A DNA stretch of 64,000 nucleotides from an uncultured Methylococcaceae bacterium (GCA_964644665.1 CAZXXC010000002.1:6281-70280), one strand, 5' to 3'; shown: positions 50,381 to 63,396, counted from the stretch's first letter. The notes: generated by a model not told the origin, from the sequence alone. Translations and numbers: made by a program.

Positions 50381-51825
50381 ATACGCTTCGACCACAGACG
50401 GCTCAGTCGGGTATGAGCCGCATTCGAAGGATTCACTTCGTCGGAGTGGGCGGTGCGGGCATGAGCGGGATTGCCGAGGTGTTGCTGGGGCTCGGCTACG
50501 AGGTATCGGGGTCCGATGTGAAGGAAAGTGCGGTCACGCGCCGGCTGGCGGATCTGGGGGTGGCAGTGGCGATCGGCCACGACGGTGCCAATGTGAAAGA
50601 TGCCCAGGTCGTGGTAACATCTACCGCCGTTGGCGTCTCCAATGTGGAGGTCCAGGCTGCGCGTCAACGCAAGATTCCGGTGATCTCGCGAGCCGAAATG
50701 CTGGCAGAGCTGATGCGCTTCCGCTACGGCATCGCGGTCGCCGGCACCCATGGCAAGACGACGACAACCAGTCTGACTGCCAGCATCCTGGCCGAAGCGG
50801 GACTCGACCCGACCTTCGTGATCGGCGGCAAACTCAACAGCGCGGGAACCAATGCCCAGTTGGGGGCGGGCGAATACTTGGTCGCAGAGGCCGATGAAAG
50901 CGATGCGTCCTTTCTCCATCTGCAGCCGGTGATCGCCGTCGTCACCAACATCGATCAGGATCACATGGAGACGTATGGCGGGGACGTCGGGAAGCTCAAG
51001 CAAGCCTTCATCGAATTTCTTCATCACGTCCCGTTCTACGGGTTGGCGATGGTGTGCGGCGACGACCCGGGGGTCAGGGATGTGCTACCGCGTATCGGTA
51101 AGCCCGTGAAAACCTATGGCTACAGCCAGGGGGTCGATATCCGTGCCGTCGATGTCATCCGCCAAGGCCTGTCCAGTCGATTCGCCGTTCTGAGAGAAGG
51201 GCGGTCGGATGCGCTGAACATCGTGCTGAACATGCCAGGCCGGCATAACATCCTCAATTCGCTGGCGGCCATAGGCGTCGCCACGGAACTCGGTATCGCC
51301 GATGATGTGATTCAGCGGGCGCTGGCCGGGTTCAAGGGCATCGGTCGGCGCTTTCAGATCAACGCCGAATTGCAGCGCGGCGGCGCCACGGTCACGTTCG
51401 TCGACGATTACGGCCATCATCCCCGCGAACTGGATGCTACCCTGGAATCGGCGCGCCAGGCGTGGCCCGATCGCCGGTTGGTACTGATCTTCCAGCCCCA
51501 CCGCTACACGCGGACGCGGGATTTGTTCGAGGACTTCGTGCAGGTGCTATCGAAAGCGGACGTCCTGGTCTTGCTCGATGTGTATCCCGCCGGGGAGTCG
51601 CCGCTGGCCGGGGCCGATGGACGCTCGCTGAGCCGGGCAATTCGGGTGCGCGGCCAGAAAGATCCCATTTTCGTCGAGAACCCGACCGAATTGAGTGAAA
51701 TCCTGTGCGGGCTCATCGAGCCGGGGGATGTCGTGCTGACGCTCGGCGCCGGCAGTATCGGTGCAGTGGCCGCCGATCTGCCGACTCAGCTCATGGCGGC
51801 ATGGCAGACGGGTTCGCAGCAATGA
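50377..51825 (+). CDS. murC: UDP-MurNAc--L-alanine ligase
   Basis: [37 protein letters not shown] and FQPHRYTRT; start GTG 50377 or ATG 50413. Confidence 0.96.
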   Translation: MNTLRPQTAQSGMSRIRRIHFVGVGGAGMSGIAEVLLGLGYEVSGSDVKESAVTRRLADLGVAVAIGHDGANVKDAQVVVTSTAVGVSNVEVQAARQRKIPVISRAEMLAELMRFRYGIAVAGTHGKTTTTSLTASILAEAGLDPTFVIGGKLNSAGTNAQLGAGEYLVAEADESDASFLHLQPVIAVVTNIDQDHMETYGGDVGKLKQAFIEFLHHVPFYGLAMVCGDDPGVRDVLPRIGKPVKTYGYSQGVDIRAVDVIRQGLSSRFAVLREGRSDALNIVLNMPGRHNILNSLAAIGVATELGIADDVIQRALAGFKGIGRRFQINAELQRGGATVTFVDDYGHHPRELDATLESARQAWPDRRLVLIFQPHRYTRTRDLFEDFVQVLSKADVLVLLDVYPAGESPLAGADGRSLSRAIRVRGQKDPIFVENPTELSEILCGLIEPGDVVLTLGAGSIGAVAADLPTQLMAAWQTGSQQ

Positions 51826-52775
51826 CGGGGGCCGTCGTCCGCGACCGGTCCGGGCGCCGGCCGGATGAACGGCTGGCCGGGGACCTCCGCCTGAACGAAC
51901 CGCTTGCGGATCACACGTCCTGGCGGGTCGGAGGCAAGGCCGACCGGTTCTATCTTCCGGCCGATTCGGACGACCTGGTGGCTTTTCTGTCGGGACTGGC
52001 GGCTGACGAGCCGGTGTTCTGGCTGGGTTTGGGTAGCAATCTTCTGGTGCGGGACGGCGGCTTGCGCGGAACGGTGGTGTGTACCAAAGGCCGACTGAAA
52101 CAGATGCGGAGTCTTGGTCCGAACCGCGTAATGGCGGAGAGCGGAGTGGCCGGTGCGCAGGTGGCTCGATTCTGCGCCGAGCGCGGTTTGGTCGGGGCGG
52201 AATTCCTCGCGGGCATTCCCGGTACTCTCGGCGGGGCGTTGGCGATGAATGCGGGCGCCTTCGGTGGTGAGACCTGGGCGATCGTTGCCCGCGTTCGGAC
52301 CGTGGATCGCAGCGGGCGGGTTCGTTGGCGGGATCGTTCCGAGTTCTCGGTGGGTTACCGCGCTGTCTCCGGTCTTTGCCACGACGAATGGTTCCTGGCC
52401 GCCGAGTTGAGCCTGCGGTCCGGGGATACGGGTGTTGCGCGCGGCCGGATTCGCGAGTTGCTGGCGCGCCGCGCCGAATCGCAGCCGACCAGCGTGCCCA
52501 GTTGCGGTTCGACATTTCGGAATCCGCCGGGTGATTTTGCCGGGCGGCTGATCGAGAGTGCCGGTCTGAAAGGCTGTCGACGCGGCGGGGCCGTGGTCTC
52601 GACCAAGCATGCCAATTTCATCGTCAACACCGGCGACGCGTCGGCCGCCGATATCGAGGGTTTGATCGACCACGTCCGGGCGGTGGTGTTGCAAGCATCG
52701 GGAGTGGATTTGCAGCCGGAAGTGCGGATCGTCGGCGAACAGCCGGGCGCGAAGGAGGAGAGGCGATTTGGCTGA
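51822..52775 (+). CDS. murB: UDP-N-acetylenolpyruvoylglucosamine reductase
   Basis: [43 protein letters not shown] and KHANF. Confidence 0.95.
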   Translation: MTGAVVRDRSGRRPDERLAGDLRLNEPLADHTSWRVGGKADRFYLPADSDDLVAFLSGLAADEPVFWLGLGSNLLVRDGGLRGTVVCTKGRLKQMRSLGPNRVMAESGVAGAQVARFCAERGLVGAEFLAGIPGTLGGALAMNAGAFGGETWAIVARVRTVDRSGRVRWRDRSEFSVGYRAVSGLCHDEWFLAAELSLRSGDTGVARGRIRELLARRAESQPTSVPSCGSTFRNPPGDFAGRLIESAGLKGCRRGGAVVSTKHANFIVNTGDASAADIEGLIDHVRAVVLQASGVDLQPEVRIVGEQPGAKEERRFG

Positions 52776-53715
52776 CAAGGTGGCCCATCCCGAGGAATTC
52801 GGTCGCGTCGCGGTGCTGATGGGGGGCACTGCGGCGGAGCGCGAGGTATCGCTGACCAGCGGTCGGGCCGTCCTGGCGGCGCTGCAGCGGCGAGGCGTGG
52901 ATGCCGACGGTATCGATCTGCAGGGTGATTTGATCGAGCGCTTGTGGCGGCAAGGCTACGACCGGGTGTTCAACATCATCCACGGCCGCGGCGGAGAAGA
53001 CGGCGTGCTGCAGGGCGCACTGGAATACCTGCGGATACCCTACACCGGCAGCGGCGTATTGGCATCGGCGTTGGCCATGGACAAGCTGCGGACGAAGCTG
53101 TGCTGGATGGGGGCCGGACTGCCGACGCCGCGCTGGCGGGTGTTGAAGACTCCGGCGGACTTGGAGCATAGCGCCGAGACGCTGGGCTTTCCGGTCATCG
53201 TCAAGCCGGCGGCGGAGGGTTCGAGTATCGGTATGAGTCGGGCCGAGAATCCGATCGAGTTGGCCGAGGCCTGGAGCGTCGCATCGCAATTCGACTGCGA
53301 GGTCTTCGCCGAGCAATGGATCGACGGCGCCGAATACACCGCCGGCGTGCTCGAGGATGAGCCGCTGCCGTTGATCCGGCTGGAAACGCCGCATCAGTTC
53401 TATGACTTCGACGCGAAGTACCGTGCCGACACGACGCGTTATCACTGCCCGAGCGGGTTGCCGGCGGAGACCGAGGAGCGGCTGCAGCGACTCGCTGTGC
53501 AGGCATGCAGGAGTCTCGGCGTCAGTGGCTGGGCGCGGGTCGACTTACTGATCGATGCGGCCGGCGAACCGGCACTGATCGAGGTCAACACGGTGCCGGG
53601 AATGACCGATCACAGCCTGGTGCCGATGGCGGCCGCGGCGGCAGGGATCGGATTCGACGAGTTGGTATGGCGAATTCTCGAAACCAGTCTATCGCGCGCG
53701 CCCGTGGCGTCGTGA
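52768..53715 (+). CDS. ddl: D-alanine--D-alanine ligase
   Basis: GGTAAEREVSL, HGRGGEDG, EGSSIG, YDFDAKY and EVNTVPGMT. Confidence 0.96.
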   Translation: MADKVAHPEEFGRVAVLMGGTAAEREVSLTSGRAVLAALQRRGVDADGIDLQGDLIERLWRQGYDRVFNIIHGRGGEDGVLQGALEYLRIPYTGSGVLASALAMDKLRTKLCWMGAGLPTPRWRVLKTPADLEHSAETLGFPVIVKPAAEGSSIGMSRAENPIELAEAWSVASQFDCEVFAEQWIDGAEYTAGVLEDEPLPLIRLETPHQFYDFDAKYRADTTRYHCPSGLPAETEERLQRLAVQACRSLGVSGWARVDLLIDAAGEPALIEVNTVPGMTDHSLVPMAAAAAGIGFDELVWRILETSLSRAPVAS

Positions 53716-54551
53716 AGCCGTCCGTGCCGGTGGCCGGCGGATACGCGCATCGTCGCTGGTGGCGCTGGGGGTTGGCTCTGGCCGGGGCGGTGGGGGTGGC
53801 TTGCGCGTTATGGCGTTTTGCGGACAATGAAATGCGAACGGCTTACCCGGTGCGCTACGTCCGGATCGAGAGCGCCGCGATGCACTTGAACGAGGCGGAA
53901 TTCACCGAGGCGATTGCGCCGCTGATCCGTACCGGAGTGTTCGGCGTCGATCTGAATGCCGTTGCGGCAGCGGCTGCATCGTTCGCCTGGGTCGAGCGAG
54001 TACGCGCGGTTCGCCGCTGGCCCGATACGTTGATCCTGCAATTGCGTGAACACCGCCCGGTGGCGCGCTGGAACGAAGACAGCTTGCTGAGCGACCGCGG
54101 GACGCGTTTCGAACCTCCGGATCTGCAGGGTTTTTCCGACCTTCCGCGGCTTTACGGACGGGCGGGACAGGAAGCCGATGTGCTGGATGTCTGGCGGAAG
54201 ATGAATGAACTGCTTCGACCGCGGAATTGGCGCGTGACCATGCTGTCATCCAATTTCCGCCAGAGCTGGACGGCCCGATTGTCGGACGGCAAAGAGCTGA
54301 TCCTCGGGCGTCAGGATCCGCTCGCGAGCGTCAGCCGCCTGCTGACGATGTTGCCGGAACTCGGGCCACGGCAGACGGCAGCGATCAGGAAGATCGATTT
54401 GCGTTATCGCAACGGTTTTGCCGTCGTCTGGCGCTTCGAACAGGAAAGCGAACCGGAACCCGCAGAACAGGCCGGGCCGAAGCCGGAGGTCTGGAAGCGT
54501 GCGCCGGGTCTCACGGATCATTCGCCCCGACTGGCAGCGAACCAATGGTGA
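53712..54551 (+). CDS. ftsQ: cell division protein FtsQ
   Basis: TM helix, POTRA (WVERVRAVRRWPDTL), PVARW and IDLRYRNGFAV; GTGA overlap with ddl. Confidence 0.92.
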   Translation: MKPSVPVAGGYAHRRWWRWGLALAGAVGVACALWRFADNEMRTAYPVRYVRIESAAMHLNEAEFTEAIAPLIRTGVFGVDLNAVAAAAASFAWVERVRAVRRWPDTLILQLREHRPVARWNEDSLLSDRGTRFEPPDLQGFSDLPRLYGRAGQEADVLDVWRKMNELLRPRNWRVTMLSSNFRQSWTARLSDGKELILGRQDPLASVSRLLTMLPELGPRQTAAIRKIDLRYRNGFAVVWRFEQESEPEPAEQAGPKPEVWKRAPGLTDHSPRLAANQW

Positions 54552-54568
54552 AGTAATCAATCAGGCCC

Positions 54569-55804
54569 ATGGCAAGAAAATCGGATCGAAATCTAATCGT
54601 CGGACTCGATATCGGAACGTCGAAGGTCGCCTGCATCGTGGGTGAGCTGAATCATGACAACGAGATCGAAGTGATCGGAATCGGCACCCATCCGTCGAGG
54701 GGGCTGAAGAAAGGCGTCGTCGTGAATCTCGAAACGACGGTCCAGTCGATCCAGCGGGCGGTGGAAGAGGCGGAGCTGATGGCCGGTTGTCGGATCAACT
54801 CGGTCTATGCCGGCATCGCCGGGAGCCATATCACCAGCATGAATTCGCACGGGATCGTCGCGATCAAGGACAAGGAAGTCACTCAGGGCGATGTGGACCG
54901 TGTGATCGATTCGGCCCGGGCCGTCGCGATTCCGGCGGATCAGAAGATTCTGCACATTCTGCCGCAAGAATTCGTGATCGACCGCCAGGAGGGGATACGG
55001 GAGCCGATCGGCATGTCGGGGATTCGTCTGGAGGCCCGCGTCCACATCGTCACCGGCGCGGTGAGCGCGGCGCAAAACATCTTCAAATGCATTCGCCGCT
55101 GCGGGCTGGAGGTGGAGGACATCATCCTGGACCAACTCGCCTCATGTACCGCAGTGCTGACCGAAGACGAGAAGGATCTCGGCGTCTGCCTGGTCGACAT
55201 CGGCGGTGGAACGACCGATATCGCCGTGTTCACCGATGGAGCAATCCGCCATACCGCGGTGATCCCGATCGCCGGGGATCAGGTCACCAATGACATCGCG
55301 GTCGCGCTCCGTACCCCGACTCAGTTCGCGGAGGAGATCAAGATCAAGCACGGCTGCGCACTGACGCAACTGGCCAAGCTGGAAGACACCATCGAGGTGC
55401 CCAGCATCGGCGAACGGCCGACCCGCAAGATTTCGCGGCTGAATCTGGCCGAGATCGTGGAGCCGCGTTACGAGGAACTGCTGCTACTGGTTCAAGGCGA
55501 ACTGCGTCGAAGCGGCTTCGAGGACCTGATACCCGCCGGTGTGGTGCTGAGCGGCGGCAGCGCCCGCATCGAGGGAATCACGGAACTGTCGGAGGAGATT
55601 TTTCATATGCCGGTGCGCGTCGGCGTTCCGCAGCATGTCACTGGCTTGAATGATGTCGTGCGCAATCCGGTTTATGCGACCGGCGTCGGTCTGTTGTTGT
55701 TCGCGCGCCAGCACAGTATCGCCGGCGAGCGGCAATTCGTCGCAGGGGATGGTCTCAAGAGCGTCTGGGCCAAGATGAGACATTGGTTCCAGGGAAATTT
55801 CTAG
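54569..55804 (+). CDS. ftsA: cell division protein FtsA
   Basis: [17 protein letters not shown] and C-terminal amphipathic [12 protein letters not shown]. Confidence 0.97.
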   Translation: MARKSDRNLIVGLDIGTSKVACIVGELNHDNEIEVIGIGTHPSRGLKKGVVVNLETTVQSIQRAVEEAELMAGCRINSVYAGIAGSHITSMNSHGIVAIKDKEVTQGDVDRVIDSARAVAIPADQKILHILPQEFVIDRQEGIREPIGMSGIRLEARVHIVTGAVSAAQNIFKCIRRCGLEVEDIILDQLASCTAVLTEDEKDLGVCLVDIGGGTTDIAVFTDGAIRHTAVIPIAGDQVTNDIAVALRTPTQFAEEIKIKHGCALTQLAKLEDTIEVPSIGERPTRKISRLNLAEIVEPRYEELLLLVQGELRRSGFEDLIPAGVVLSGGSARIEGITELSEEIFHMPVRVGVPQHVTGLNDVVRNPVYATGVGLLLFARQHSIAGERQFVAGDGLKSVWAKMRHWFQGNF

Positions 55805-55832
55805 GCACAGGGTCATTGGGGAAGGGTGGAAC

Positions 55833-56978
<1,146 letters not shown>

Positions 56979-57111
56979 TGTTCGTGCTGATTCCTTCCAC
57001 CTCGGGTAGAGGGAATGGGCCGGAGCGTGCGCCCGGCCCCGTCCATGCCGGACGGGGCGGCGCCGCGACGAGACATGAAGGCAATGTTCCCTGGACAATG
57101 AGGAGGCACCG

Positions 57112-58026
57112 ATGATCAGACAACGAACGCTGAAGAACATGATTCGCGCGACCGGTGTCGGATTGCACACCGGCGAGAAGGTCTATCTGACGCTGCGGCC
57201 TGCGGCGCCGAACACCGGTATCCGGTTCAGTCGGATCGACTTGCCGGAGCCGGTGATGATCGAGGCAAGACCGCAGTATGTCGGCGATACGACTCTATCG
57301 ACGACCCTGGTCAAGGACGGAGTCCGCATCTCGACGGTCGAACACCTGCTGTCGGCGTTTGCCGGACTGGGTATCGACAACGCCTATGTCGATGTGAGCG
57401 CGCCGGAAGTCCCGATCATGGACGGCAGTGCGGGGCCGTTCGTGTTTCTGATCCAGTCGGCCGGTGTGCAGGAACAGGACGCGCCGAAAAAATTCATCCG
57501 GATCAAGCGCCGGTTGATGGTGCAGGACGGCGAGAAATATGCGCGGTTCGAGCCCTACGACGGCTTCAAGGTGACGTTCTCGATCGACTTCGATCACCCG
57601 GTGTTCGACAGCGACAGCCAGACGGCGAGCATCGATTTTTCGTCGACCTCGTTCGTCAAGGAAGTCGCCCGTGCCCGGACCTTCGGGTTCATGCGCGACA
57701 TCGAAGCCCTGCGCAAACGGCGCTTGGCGCTCGGCGGTAGCATGGATAACGCGATCGTGGTCGACAACTACCGCGTGCTGAACGAAGACGGCCTGCGCTA
57801 TTCGGACGAGTTCGTCAAACACAAGATTCTGGACGCGATCGGCGATCTCTACCTGCTCGGGCATAGTCTGATCGGCGCATTCGTCGGCTACAAATCCGGA
57901 CACGGCCTGAACAACAAGCTGTTGATGGAGTTGCTGAAGCGGAAGGATGCCTGGGAGATGGTGACGTTTCGCGACGACGATACGGTGCCGATCTCCTACA
58001 TGCGACCGGCGCACGTCGCGCGCTGA
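57112..58026 (+). CDS. lpxC: UDP-3-O-acyl-GlcNAc deacetylase
   Basis: [29 protein letters not shown] and KSGH; GAGGAGG RBS. Confidence 0.97.
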   Translation: MIRQRTLKNMIRATGVGLHTGEKVYLTLRPAAPNTGIRFSRIDLPEPVMIEARPQYVGDTTLSTTLVKDGVRISTVEHLLSAFAGLGIDNAYVDVSAPEVPIMDGSAGPFVFLIQSAGVQEQDAPKKFIRIKRRLMVQDGEKYARFEPYDGFKVTFSIDFDHPVFDSDSQTASIDFSSTSFVKEVARARTFGFMRDIEALRKRRLALGGSMDNAIVVDNYRVLNEDGLRYSDEFVKHKILDAIGDLYLLGHSLIGAFVGYKSGHGLNNKLLMELLKRKDAWEMVTFRDDDTVPISYMRPAHVAR

Positions 58027-58099
58027 GCTTTCGCGACGGGTACTCGTCCCCGCCGCAGCAAGCGCGGCGGTACGGCCGCGCATCGAATCGAGGTACGGT

Positions 58100-58561
58100 T
58101 CAGCCCCCGAGCCGGCGCCATGTCGCCGCCAGACGCGCCAGAGATGCGCCGAGTTCCGGGTCAGAACAGTCTGCGATGTCCTGAATGTGGCCGATGACCT
58201 TGCATCCCGGTATCGTCGGCCGGCGCTCCGGCTGTCGCGCCTGGTGGGGGCAAAGGATGCGGATTTGAATGCGGCGCAGCGCGGGCTCCGACCCGTTCTG
58301 CAGTTCGGTCAGGACGGCCGGCAAGGCAAAGCGCAGTGGAGTGGCCCAGGCCGGCGAGTCGGTATAGACGATGAGCTGTCCATCGTTGACCACACACGCC
58401 AGACAGTGATCGGCCAGGAAACTTGGCAGCCGGCTCTGCACCAAGCGTTGCAGCCTGGCGTGGTGGCGGCACTTCGCCAGCAGCGGTGCCAGGCCGCGTG
58501 GCGCCCCGAGCACGTCGGCGAGCCGTCTCGGCTTTGCGGCAGGAGCCATCAATCTCGTCAT
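58100..58561 (-). CDS. dciA: DciA/DUF721-family helicase loader
   Basis: LADHC...GQLIVYTDSPAWATPLRF KH-like core; convergent with lpxC, its usual position. Confidence 0.75.
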   Translation of the reverse strand: MTRLMAPAAKPRRLADVLGAPRGLAPLLAKCRHHARLQRLVQSRLPSFLADHCLACVVNDGQLIVYTDSPAWATPLRFALPAVLTELQNGSEPALRRIQIRILCPHQARQPERRPTIPGCKVIGHIQDIADCSDPELGASLARLAATWRRLGG

Positions 58562-58591
58562 AGTGGGAACGGATGATTTCGACCGCGCCGG

Positions 58592-61270
58592 TCAAAGCGT
58601 CTTGACCACCAGCACGACTGCGGGATCGTCGGGCATCTCGGTGGTCGTGAAGCCCAACTTCTCGGTGAACTGTAGCATCTTGGCGTTCTGTGCCAGCACG
58701 GCACCTTCCAGCCGCGTGAATCCCTTCTCCCGCGCCGCTTCGATCAGCACACCCATCAGCCGGGTACCCACGCCGTGCTGCTGCCAATCGTCGGCCACGA
58801 CGATCGCGAATTCGGCACTTACGGCATCCGGGTTGGGAAAGAAGCGTGCCACGCCCACTTCGGTCTCCTTCCCGTCGACCACCGTGGTCGCGATCAAAGC
58901 GAGTTCGCGATGGTAATCCAACTGCGTAAAGCGGACCAGGAGCTCCTGGCTGAGTTCCCGCAAGGACTGCATGAATCGAAAATAGCGTGCCTCCTCGGAC
59001 AGGCGGCGCACGAACTCGCTCTCGATCTCCGCATCCTCCGGCCGGATGGGACGGATCGTGATTTCGCAGCCGTCCTCCAACTGGAAGTGGCTGGCCCAGT
59101 TGCTGGGGTACGGGTGAATCGCCATGTGATCGTAGCGCCGCCGTCCCGGCGGCCGGTACTGCACGATCATCCGGGAATCCAGCGCGCACACGCCCTGAGT
59201 GTCCGCAATCAGCGGGTTGATGTCGAGCGCGAGGATCTGGGGAAGTTCGCAGACCATCTCGGACAGGCGCAGCAACACGCGGATCAACGCCTGCTCGTGG
59301 ATCGGCGCCAGATTGCGAAAGGCGCCGAGCAGACCGGCCACGCGCGTCTTGCCGATCAACATGTGAGCCAGATGCTCGTTCAGCGGCGGTAGTGCGATCG
59401 CACGGTCCCGCAGCACCTCGACGGCGGTGCCGCCGGCCCCGAAACTGATCACCGGCCCGAAAATGCTGTCCTGAATCACGCCTACGAACAGTTCGCGGCC
59501 ATGGGGATGGCGGTACATCTTTTCCACACTGATGCCTTCCAGGCGGATGTCCGGCCGGGTTCGGGTCACTCCGTCGATCAGATCGTTGTAGACATGGCGG
59601 ACCGACTCGGCGCTTTCGACATTGAGCCGGACGCCGTCGACATCGGACTTGTGGATGAGATCCGGCGAGGAAATCTTCATCGCGACCGGAAATCCGAGGC
59701 ACTCGGCGGCTGCCAGCGCTTCGTTCGGCGAGTGTGCGATCAGTGCCGGAATCGTCGGAACATGGAATGCTTCGAGAATGGCCCGGGTCTCCATCGGGGT
59801 CAACAGGTTCCGGCGGGTCGCGAGAGCCCCTTCGATGATCATCTGGGCACCCTCGATGTCGGGTGGCTCCAGCTCGGCCAAAGGTCCCGGGGTCTGCATC
59901 AGCATGCGCTGGTTGCGCTGGTACTCGACCAGATAGCCGAACGCCTCGATGGCGGTCTCGGGATTTACGAAGCTTGGAATTCGCGCGTCGGCGAAGAGCC
60001 GACGTCCCTGCTCCACCTGACGTTCTCCCAGCCAGCACGCCAACAGCGGTTTGGTGCTGGTGGCGGCGGCTTCGATCGCGGCCTGCGCAGCCTCGGTCGG
60101 CTGCGACATCGCCTGCGGCGCCAGCATGGCCAGTACGCCGTCGACCCCCTCGTCGGCAATGCAGGCGGCTACGGTGGCACGATAGCGGTCCGGCATGGCA
60201 TCACCGAGGATGTCGATCGGATTGTTGTGCGACCAGTGATCCGGCAGGCAGCCATCGAGTTCGGTCATCAAGTTTTCGCTGATCGCGGAGAGCCGGATGC
60301 CGCGTTCGACGGCACAATCGGTCGCCATCACCGCCGGTCCGCCGGCGTTGGTGATGATCGCAAGCCGATCGCCGGTGATCCGGGACGACGACGACAACAG
60401 TTGGGCCGCCGCGAACAATTGTTCGATCGTATGCGCGCGGACGACTCCGGCACGCTCCAGCGCCGCGCTGAAGACATCGTCCGATCCGACCAGGGCGCCG
60501 GTGTGGAACATCGCCGCCCGGGAGCTTTCGGCGTGCCGTCCCGCTTTGATCACGATGACCGGCTTCACGCGCGCCGCTGCCCGTAGTCCACTCATGAATC
60601 GACGCGCATCGCGGAGACCTTCGACATAAATCAGAATGCTGCGGGTCGTCGGATCCAGCGCCAGGTAATCGAGCACGTCGCCGAAATCGACATCCGCTGC
60701 GGAGCCGACCGAGACCACCAGCGAAAAGCCGATGCCATGCGAGCTCGCCCAGTCCAGGATCGCGGTACACAGAGCGCCTGATTGCGAAATCATCGCCAGC
60801 GACCCGGCAGTCGCGACGTTGTTGCTGAATGTCGCATTCAGGCCCAGCGGCGGCCGCATCAATCCCAGGCAATTCGGCCCGAGCAAGCGCAACTCGGCTC
60901 GACGTGCCTCCTCGATCAGTGCCCGTTCCAGGCCCTTGCCGGTGCGCTCGCGTTCCCCGAAACCGGCCGACAGGACGATCGCCGCCTTGACGTGATGATG
61001 CCCGCAGGAGCGGAGGATATCGGGGACGGTGCGGGCGGGTGTCGCGATGACTACCAGATCGACGGGCTGGTTGAGGCGGTCGATCGATTCGTGACACGGC
61101 TGGCCGCGGACCGTCGTGTATTTGGGATTGATCGCGTGGACCGAACCGGCAAAGCGACCCTCGAGCAGGTTTCGGTAGACCACTGCGCCGACAGAATCGG
61201 GGTGGTCGCTGGCCCCGAACACTGCGATCGATGCAGGGTGGAACAGGTGGTCGAGGACGTGGCGGCTCAT
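58592..61270 (-). CDS. pat: bifunctional acetate--CoA ligase-like / GNAT protein lysine acetyltransferase (Pat/PatZ type)
   Basis: LFHPASIAVFGAS, LLGPNCLG, SQSGAL, HTGAL, ATP-grasp (HKSDVDGV, LDINPL) and C-terminal GNAT (IRPIRPED, AEFAIVV, WQQHGVGTRLM); ATG 61270. Confidence 0.9.
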   Translation of the reverse strand: MSRHVLDHLFHPASIAVFGASDHPDSVGAVVYRNLLEGRFAGSVHAINPKYTTVRGQPCHESIDRLNQPVDLVVIATPARTVPDILRSCGHHHVKAAIVLSAGFGERERTGKGLERALIEEARRAELRLLGPNCLGLMRPPLGLNATFSNNVATAGSLAMISQSGALCTAILDWASSHGIGFSLVVSVGSAADVDFGDVLDYLALDPTTRSILIYVEGLRDARRFMSGLRAAARVKPVIVIKAGRHAESSRAAMFHTGALVGSDDVFSAALERAGVVRAHTIEQLFAAAQLLSSSSRITGDRLAIITNAGGPAVMATDCAVERGIRLSAISENLMTELDGCLPDHWSHNNPIDILGDAMPDRYRATVAACIADEGVDGVLAMLAPQAMSQPTEAAQAAIEAAATSTKPLLACWLGERQVEQGRRLFADARIPSFVNPETAIEAFGYLVEYQRNQRMLMQTPGPLAELEPPDIEGAQMIIEGALATRRNLLTPMETRAILEAFHVPTIPALIAHSPNEALAAAECLGFPVAMKISSPDLIHKSDVDGVRLNVESAESVRHVYNDLIDGVTRTRPDIRLEGISVEKMYRHPHGRELFVGVIQDSIFGPVISFGAGGTAVEVLRDRAIALPPLNEHLAHMLIGKTRVAGLLGAFRNLAPIHEQALIRVLLRLSEMVCELPQILALDINPLIADTQGVCALDSRMIVQYRPPGRRRYDHMAIHPYPSNWASHFQLEDGCEITIRPIRPEDAEIESEFVRRLSEEARYFRFMQSLRELSQELLVRFTQLDYHRELALIATTVVDGKETEVGVARFFPNPDAVSAEFAIVVADDWQQHGVGTRLMGVLIEAAREKGFTRLEGAVLAQNAKMLQFTEKLGFTTTEMPDDPAVVLVVKTL

Positions 61271-61344
61271 CGGCGTGTGGCCGGGAACGGGTGGCGGCGG
61301 CGCATCGGTCCCAGTCGATCGCGCTCGGGGTTCAGCGAATGGGC

Positions 61345-61953
61345 TCAGTCGTGCTCCCGCTTGCGGCGCTGGATCGTCACGTAGACCGCGATCAGGACGG
61401 CGCTGAAAATCAGGATGTCGATCACCGCGTGACGCGAGTAACGTTCGATCAGTTCCTGGTTTTCCCCGATGAAATAGCCAATCCAGGTCAGCACCGTCAC
61501 CCACATCGCAGCGCCGGCCAACGTGTACAGCGTGAACTTCCAGTGGTTCATCCGGGCCAGTCCGGCCGGCAGCGAGATCAGGTGACGCGCGACCGGAAGC
61601 AGGCGGCCGATGAAGGTGGAAATCTCCCCATGGTCGCGGAAATACCGCTCGACGCGGGTGAAATGATCTTCGGTGATCCAGACATAACGGCCGTACCGGA
61701 GCAACAGCCGCCGCCCGAGGTAACGGGCGGCGAAATAGTTGGCATAGGCGCCAACCAGGCTGCCGAACGTGCCGCTCAGGATGACCAGCGTCATGTTCAT
61801 CTGGCCCTTCTGGACCAGATAGCCGGCCGGCGGCATCACGATCTCGCTGGGAATCGGAATCACCGAACTCTCCATCGCCATCAGCAGGAAGATGCCGGTA
61901 TAACCCATGGAGCCGATGGTCACCACCAGCCAGTTGATCAGCTCATGCAACAT
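61345..61953 (-). CDS. DedA-family membrane protein
   Basis: LMAMESSVIPIPSEIVMPPAG and FIGRLLPVARHLISLPAG. Confidence 0.92.
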   Translation of the reverse strand: MLHELINWLVVTIGSMGYTGIFLLMAMESSVIPIPSEIVMPPAGYLVQKGQMNMTLVILSGTFGSLVGAYANYFAARYLGRRLLLRYGRYVWITEDHFTRVERYFRDHGEISTFIGRLLPVARHLISLPAGLARMNHWKFTLYTLAGAAMWVTVLTWIGYFIGENQELIERYSRHAVIDILIFSAVLIAVYVTIQRRKREHD

Positions 61954-61984
61954 TGCGATGAATGCTCCGGAATGCGGACGAAAG

Positions 61985-62617
61985 TTAGAATACGCCGCTC
62001 AGTAGCGGCACGAAGCTGACCGGTTCGATTTCCTCCACCACGAACCCCGTTTCCGTGCGCTGGATTCGTTGCAGAATCTGATCCCGGCCGGGGCCGAGCG
62101 GCAGCACCATCACGCCGCCTCGACCCAGTTGCTCCAGCAGATGCTGCGGATGTTCGGCAGGTGCCGCAGTGACCAGGATACCGTCGTAGGGCTGGTAGTC
62201 CTCCCAACCGGCCGAGCCGTCGCCGTGCTTCAAACGGACATTGCGAAGATGGAGATCCTGCAGGCATCGCCGTGCCCGCTGCTGTAGCGGGTAGATCCGT
62301 TCGACCGAGTACACCACCTTGACCAGTTGTGCCAGCACCGCGGTCTGGTAGCCCGATCCGGTTCCGACCTCCAGGACTTTCTCCGGCACCCGCTGTTGCA
62401 ACAGCAGTTCGGTCATCCTGGCGATCACGTAGGGTTGCGAGATTGTCTGGTTGAAACCGATCGGCAGCGCCGTGTCCTCGTAGGCCCGCGAGGCGAACGC
62501 GTCCTCGACGAAAATGTGCCTGGGAGTCTGCAGCATCACGTCCAGCACCGCGCGGTTGTGGATGCCTTGGTCCTCGAGCCGCTGGATCATGCGCTCCCTG
62601 GTGCGACGCGAGGTCAT
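61985..62617 (-). CDS. pcm: protein-L-isoaspartate O-methyltransferase
   Basis: [34 protein letters not shown] and VSFVPL; ATG 62617. Confidence 0.96.
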   Translation of the reverse strand: MTSRRTRERMIQRLEDQGIHNRAVLDVMLQTPRHIFVEDAFASRAYEDTALPIGFNQTISQPYVIARMTELLLQQRVPEKVLEVGTGSGYQTAVLAQLVKVVYSVERIYPLQQRARRCLQDLHLRNVRLKHGDGSAGWEDYQPYDGILVTAAPAEHPQHLLEQLGRGGVMVLPLGPGRDQILQRIQRTETGFVVEEIEPVSFVPLLSGVF

Positions 62618-62640
62618 GCCGCTACCTTCGAGCCGCCGAT

Positions 62641-63396
62641 TCACGCGACGACCTCCGGCGCCAGCCAGTCGCTCACCATCGAAACGCTCTCGTAGCGGGT
62701 CAGGTCGATCTGCAACGGCGTGACCGACACGTAGCCGTTGCGCACCGCGTAGAAGTCGGTGCCCGGGCCGGCATCCTGTTCGGGGCCGGCGCACCCGACC
62801 CAGAAAATCTCGCGGCCGCGCGGATCCGTCGATTTGATCACTGGCTCTGCCTTGTGACGCTGGCCCAATCGGGTCGCCTGATAGCCTCGGATTTGGTCCA
62901 GCGGGAGGTCGGGCACGTTGACGTTCAGAATCGTGTCCGCAGGAATCGGATGCTGCTGGATTCGCCGCAACAGGGTGACCGCCACGCTGGCCGCCGTTTC
63001 GAAATGAACGGGATTGTTGCCGCCGAGTGAAATGGCAACGGCCGGAAGTCCCAGAAACCGGCCTTCGGTGGCCGCAGCCACGGTACCCGAGTAAATGACG
63101 TCGTCGCCCAGATTGGCACCATGGTTGATGCCGGCGAAGACCATATCCGGTTCGCGGTCCAGCAGCCCAGTGATGGCCAGGTGCACGCAGTCGGTCGGAG
63201 TGCCGTCCACCTTGATGAAGCCGTTGTCGGCCCGGGAGACGCGGAGCGGGCGTTCGAGCGTGAGAGAGTTGCTGGCACCGCTGCGATTGCGTTCCGGCGC
63301 GACCACGGTGCATTCGACGACCGGTTGCAAGGCCTCCGCGAGAGCCACCAATCCAGGCGCGGAGTAGCCGTCGTCGTTACTGAGCAGGATGTGCAT
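62641..63396 (-). CDS. surE: 5'/3'-nucleotidase SurE
   Basis: [44 protein letters not shown] and SVTPL. Confidence 0.97.
   Translation of the reverse strand: MHILLSNDDGYSAPGLVALAEALQPVVECTVVAPERNRSGASNSLTLERPLRVSRADNGFIKVDGTPTDCVHLAITGLLDREPDMVFAGINHGANLGDDVIYSGTVAAATEGRFLGLPAVAISLGGNNPVHFETAASVAVTLLRRIQQHPIPADTILNVNVPDLPLDQIRGYQATRLGQRHKAEPVIKSTDPRGREIFWVGCAGPEQDAGPGTDFYAVRNGYVSVTPLQIDLTRYESVSMVSDWLAPEVVA

Noticed and set aside
57017-57039. GGGCCGG...CCGGCCC hairpin after ftsZ as a terminator
   Set aside because: No U-tract and lpxC follows closely; more likely an mRNA stability hairpin or chance
58161-60038. 625-aa alternative-frame ORF overlapping pat and dciA
   Set aside because: Arg/Gly/Pro-rich off-frame translation with no motifs
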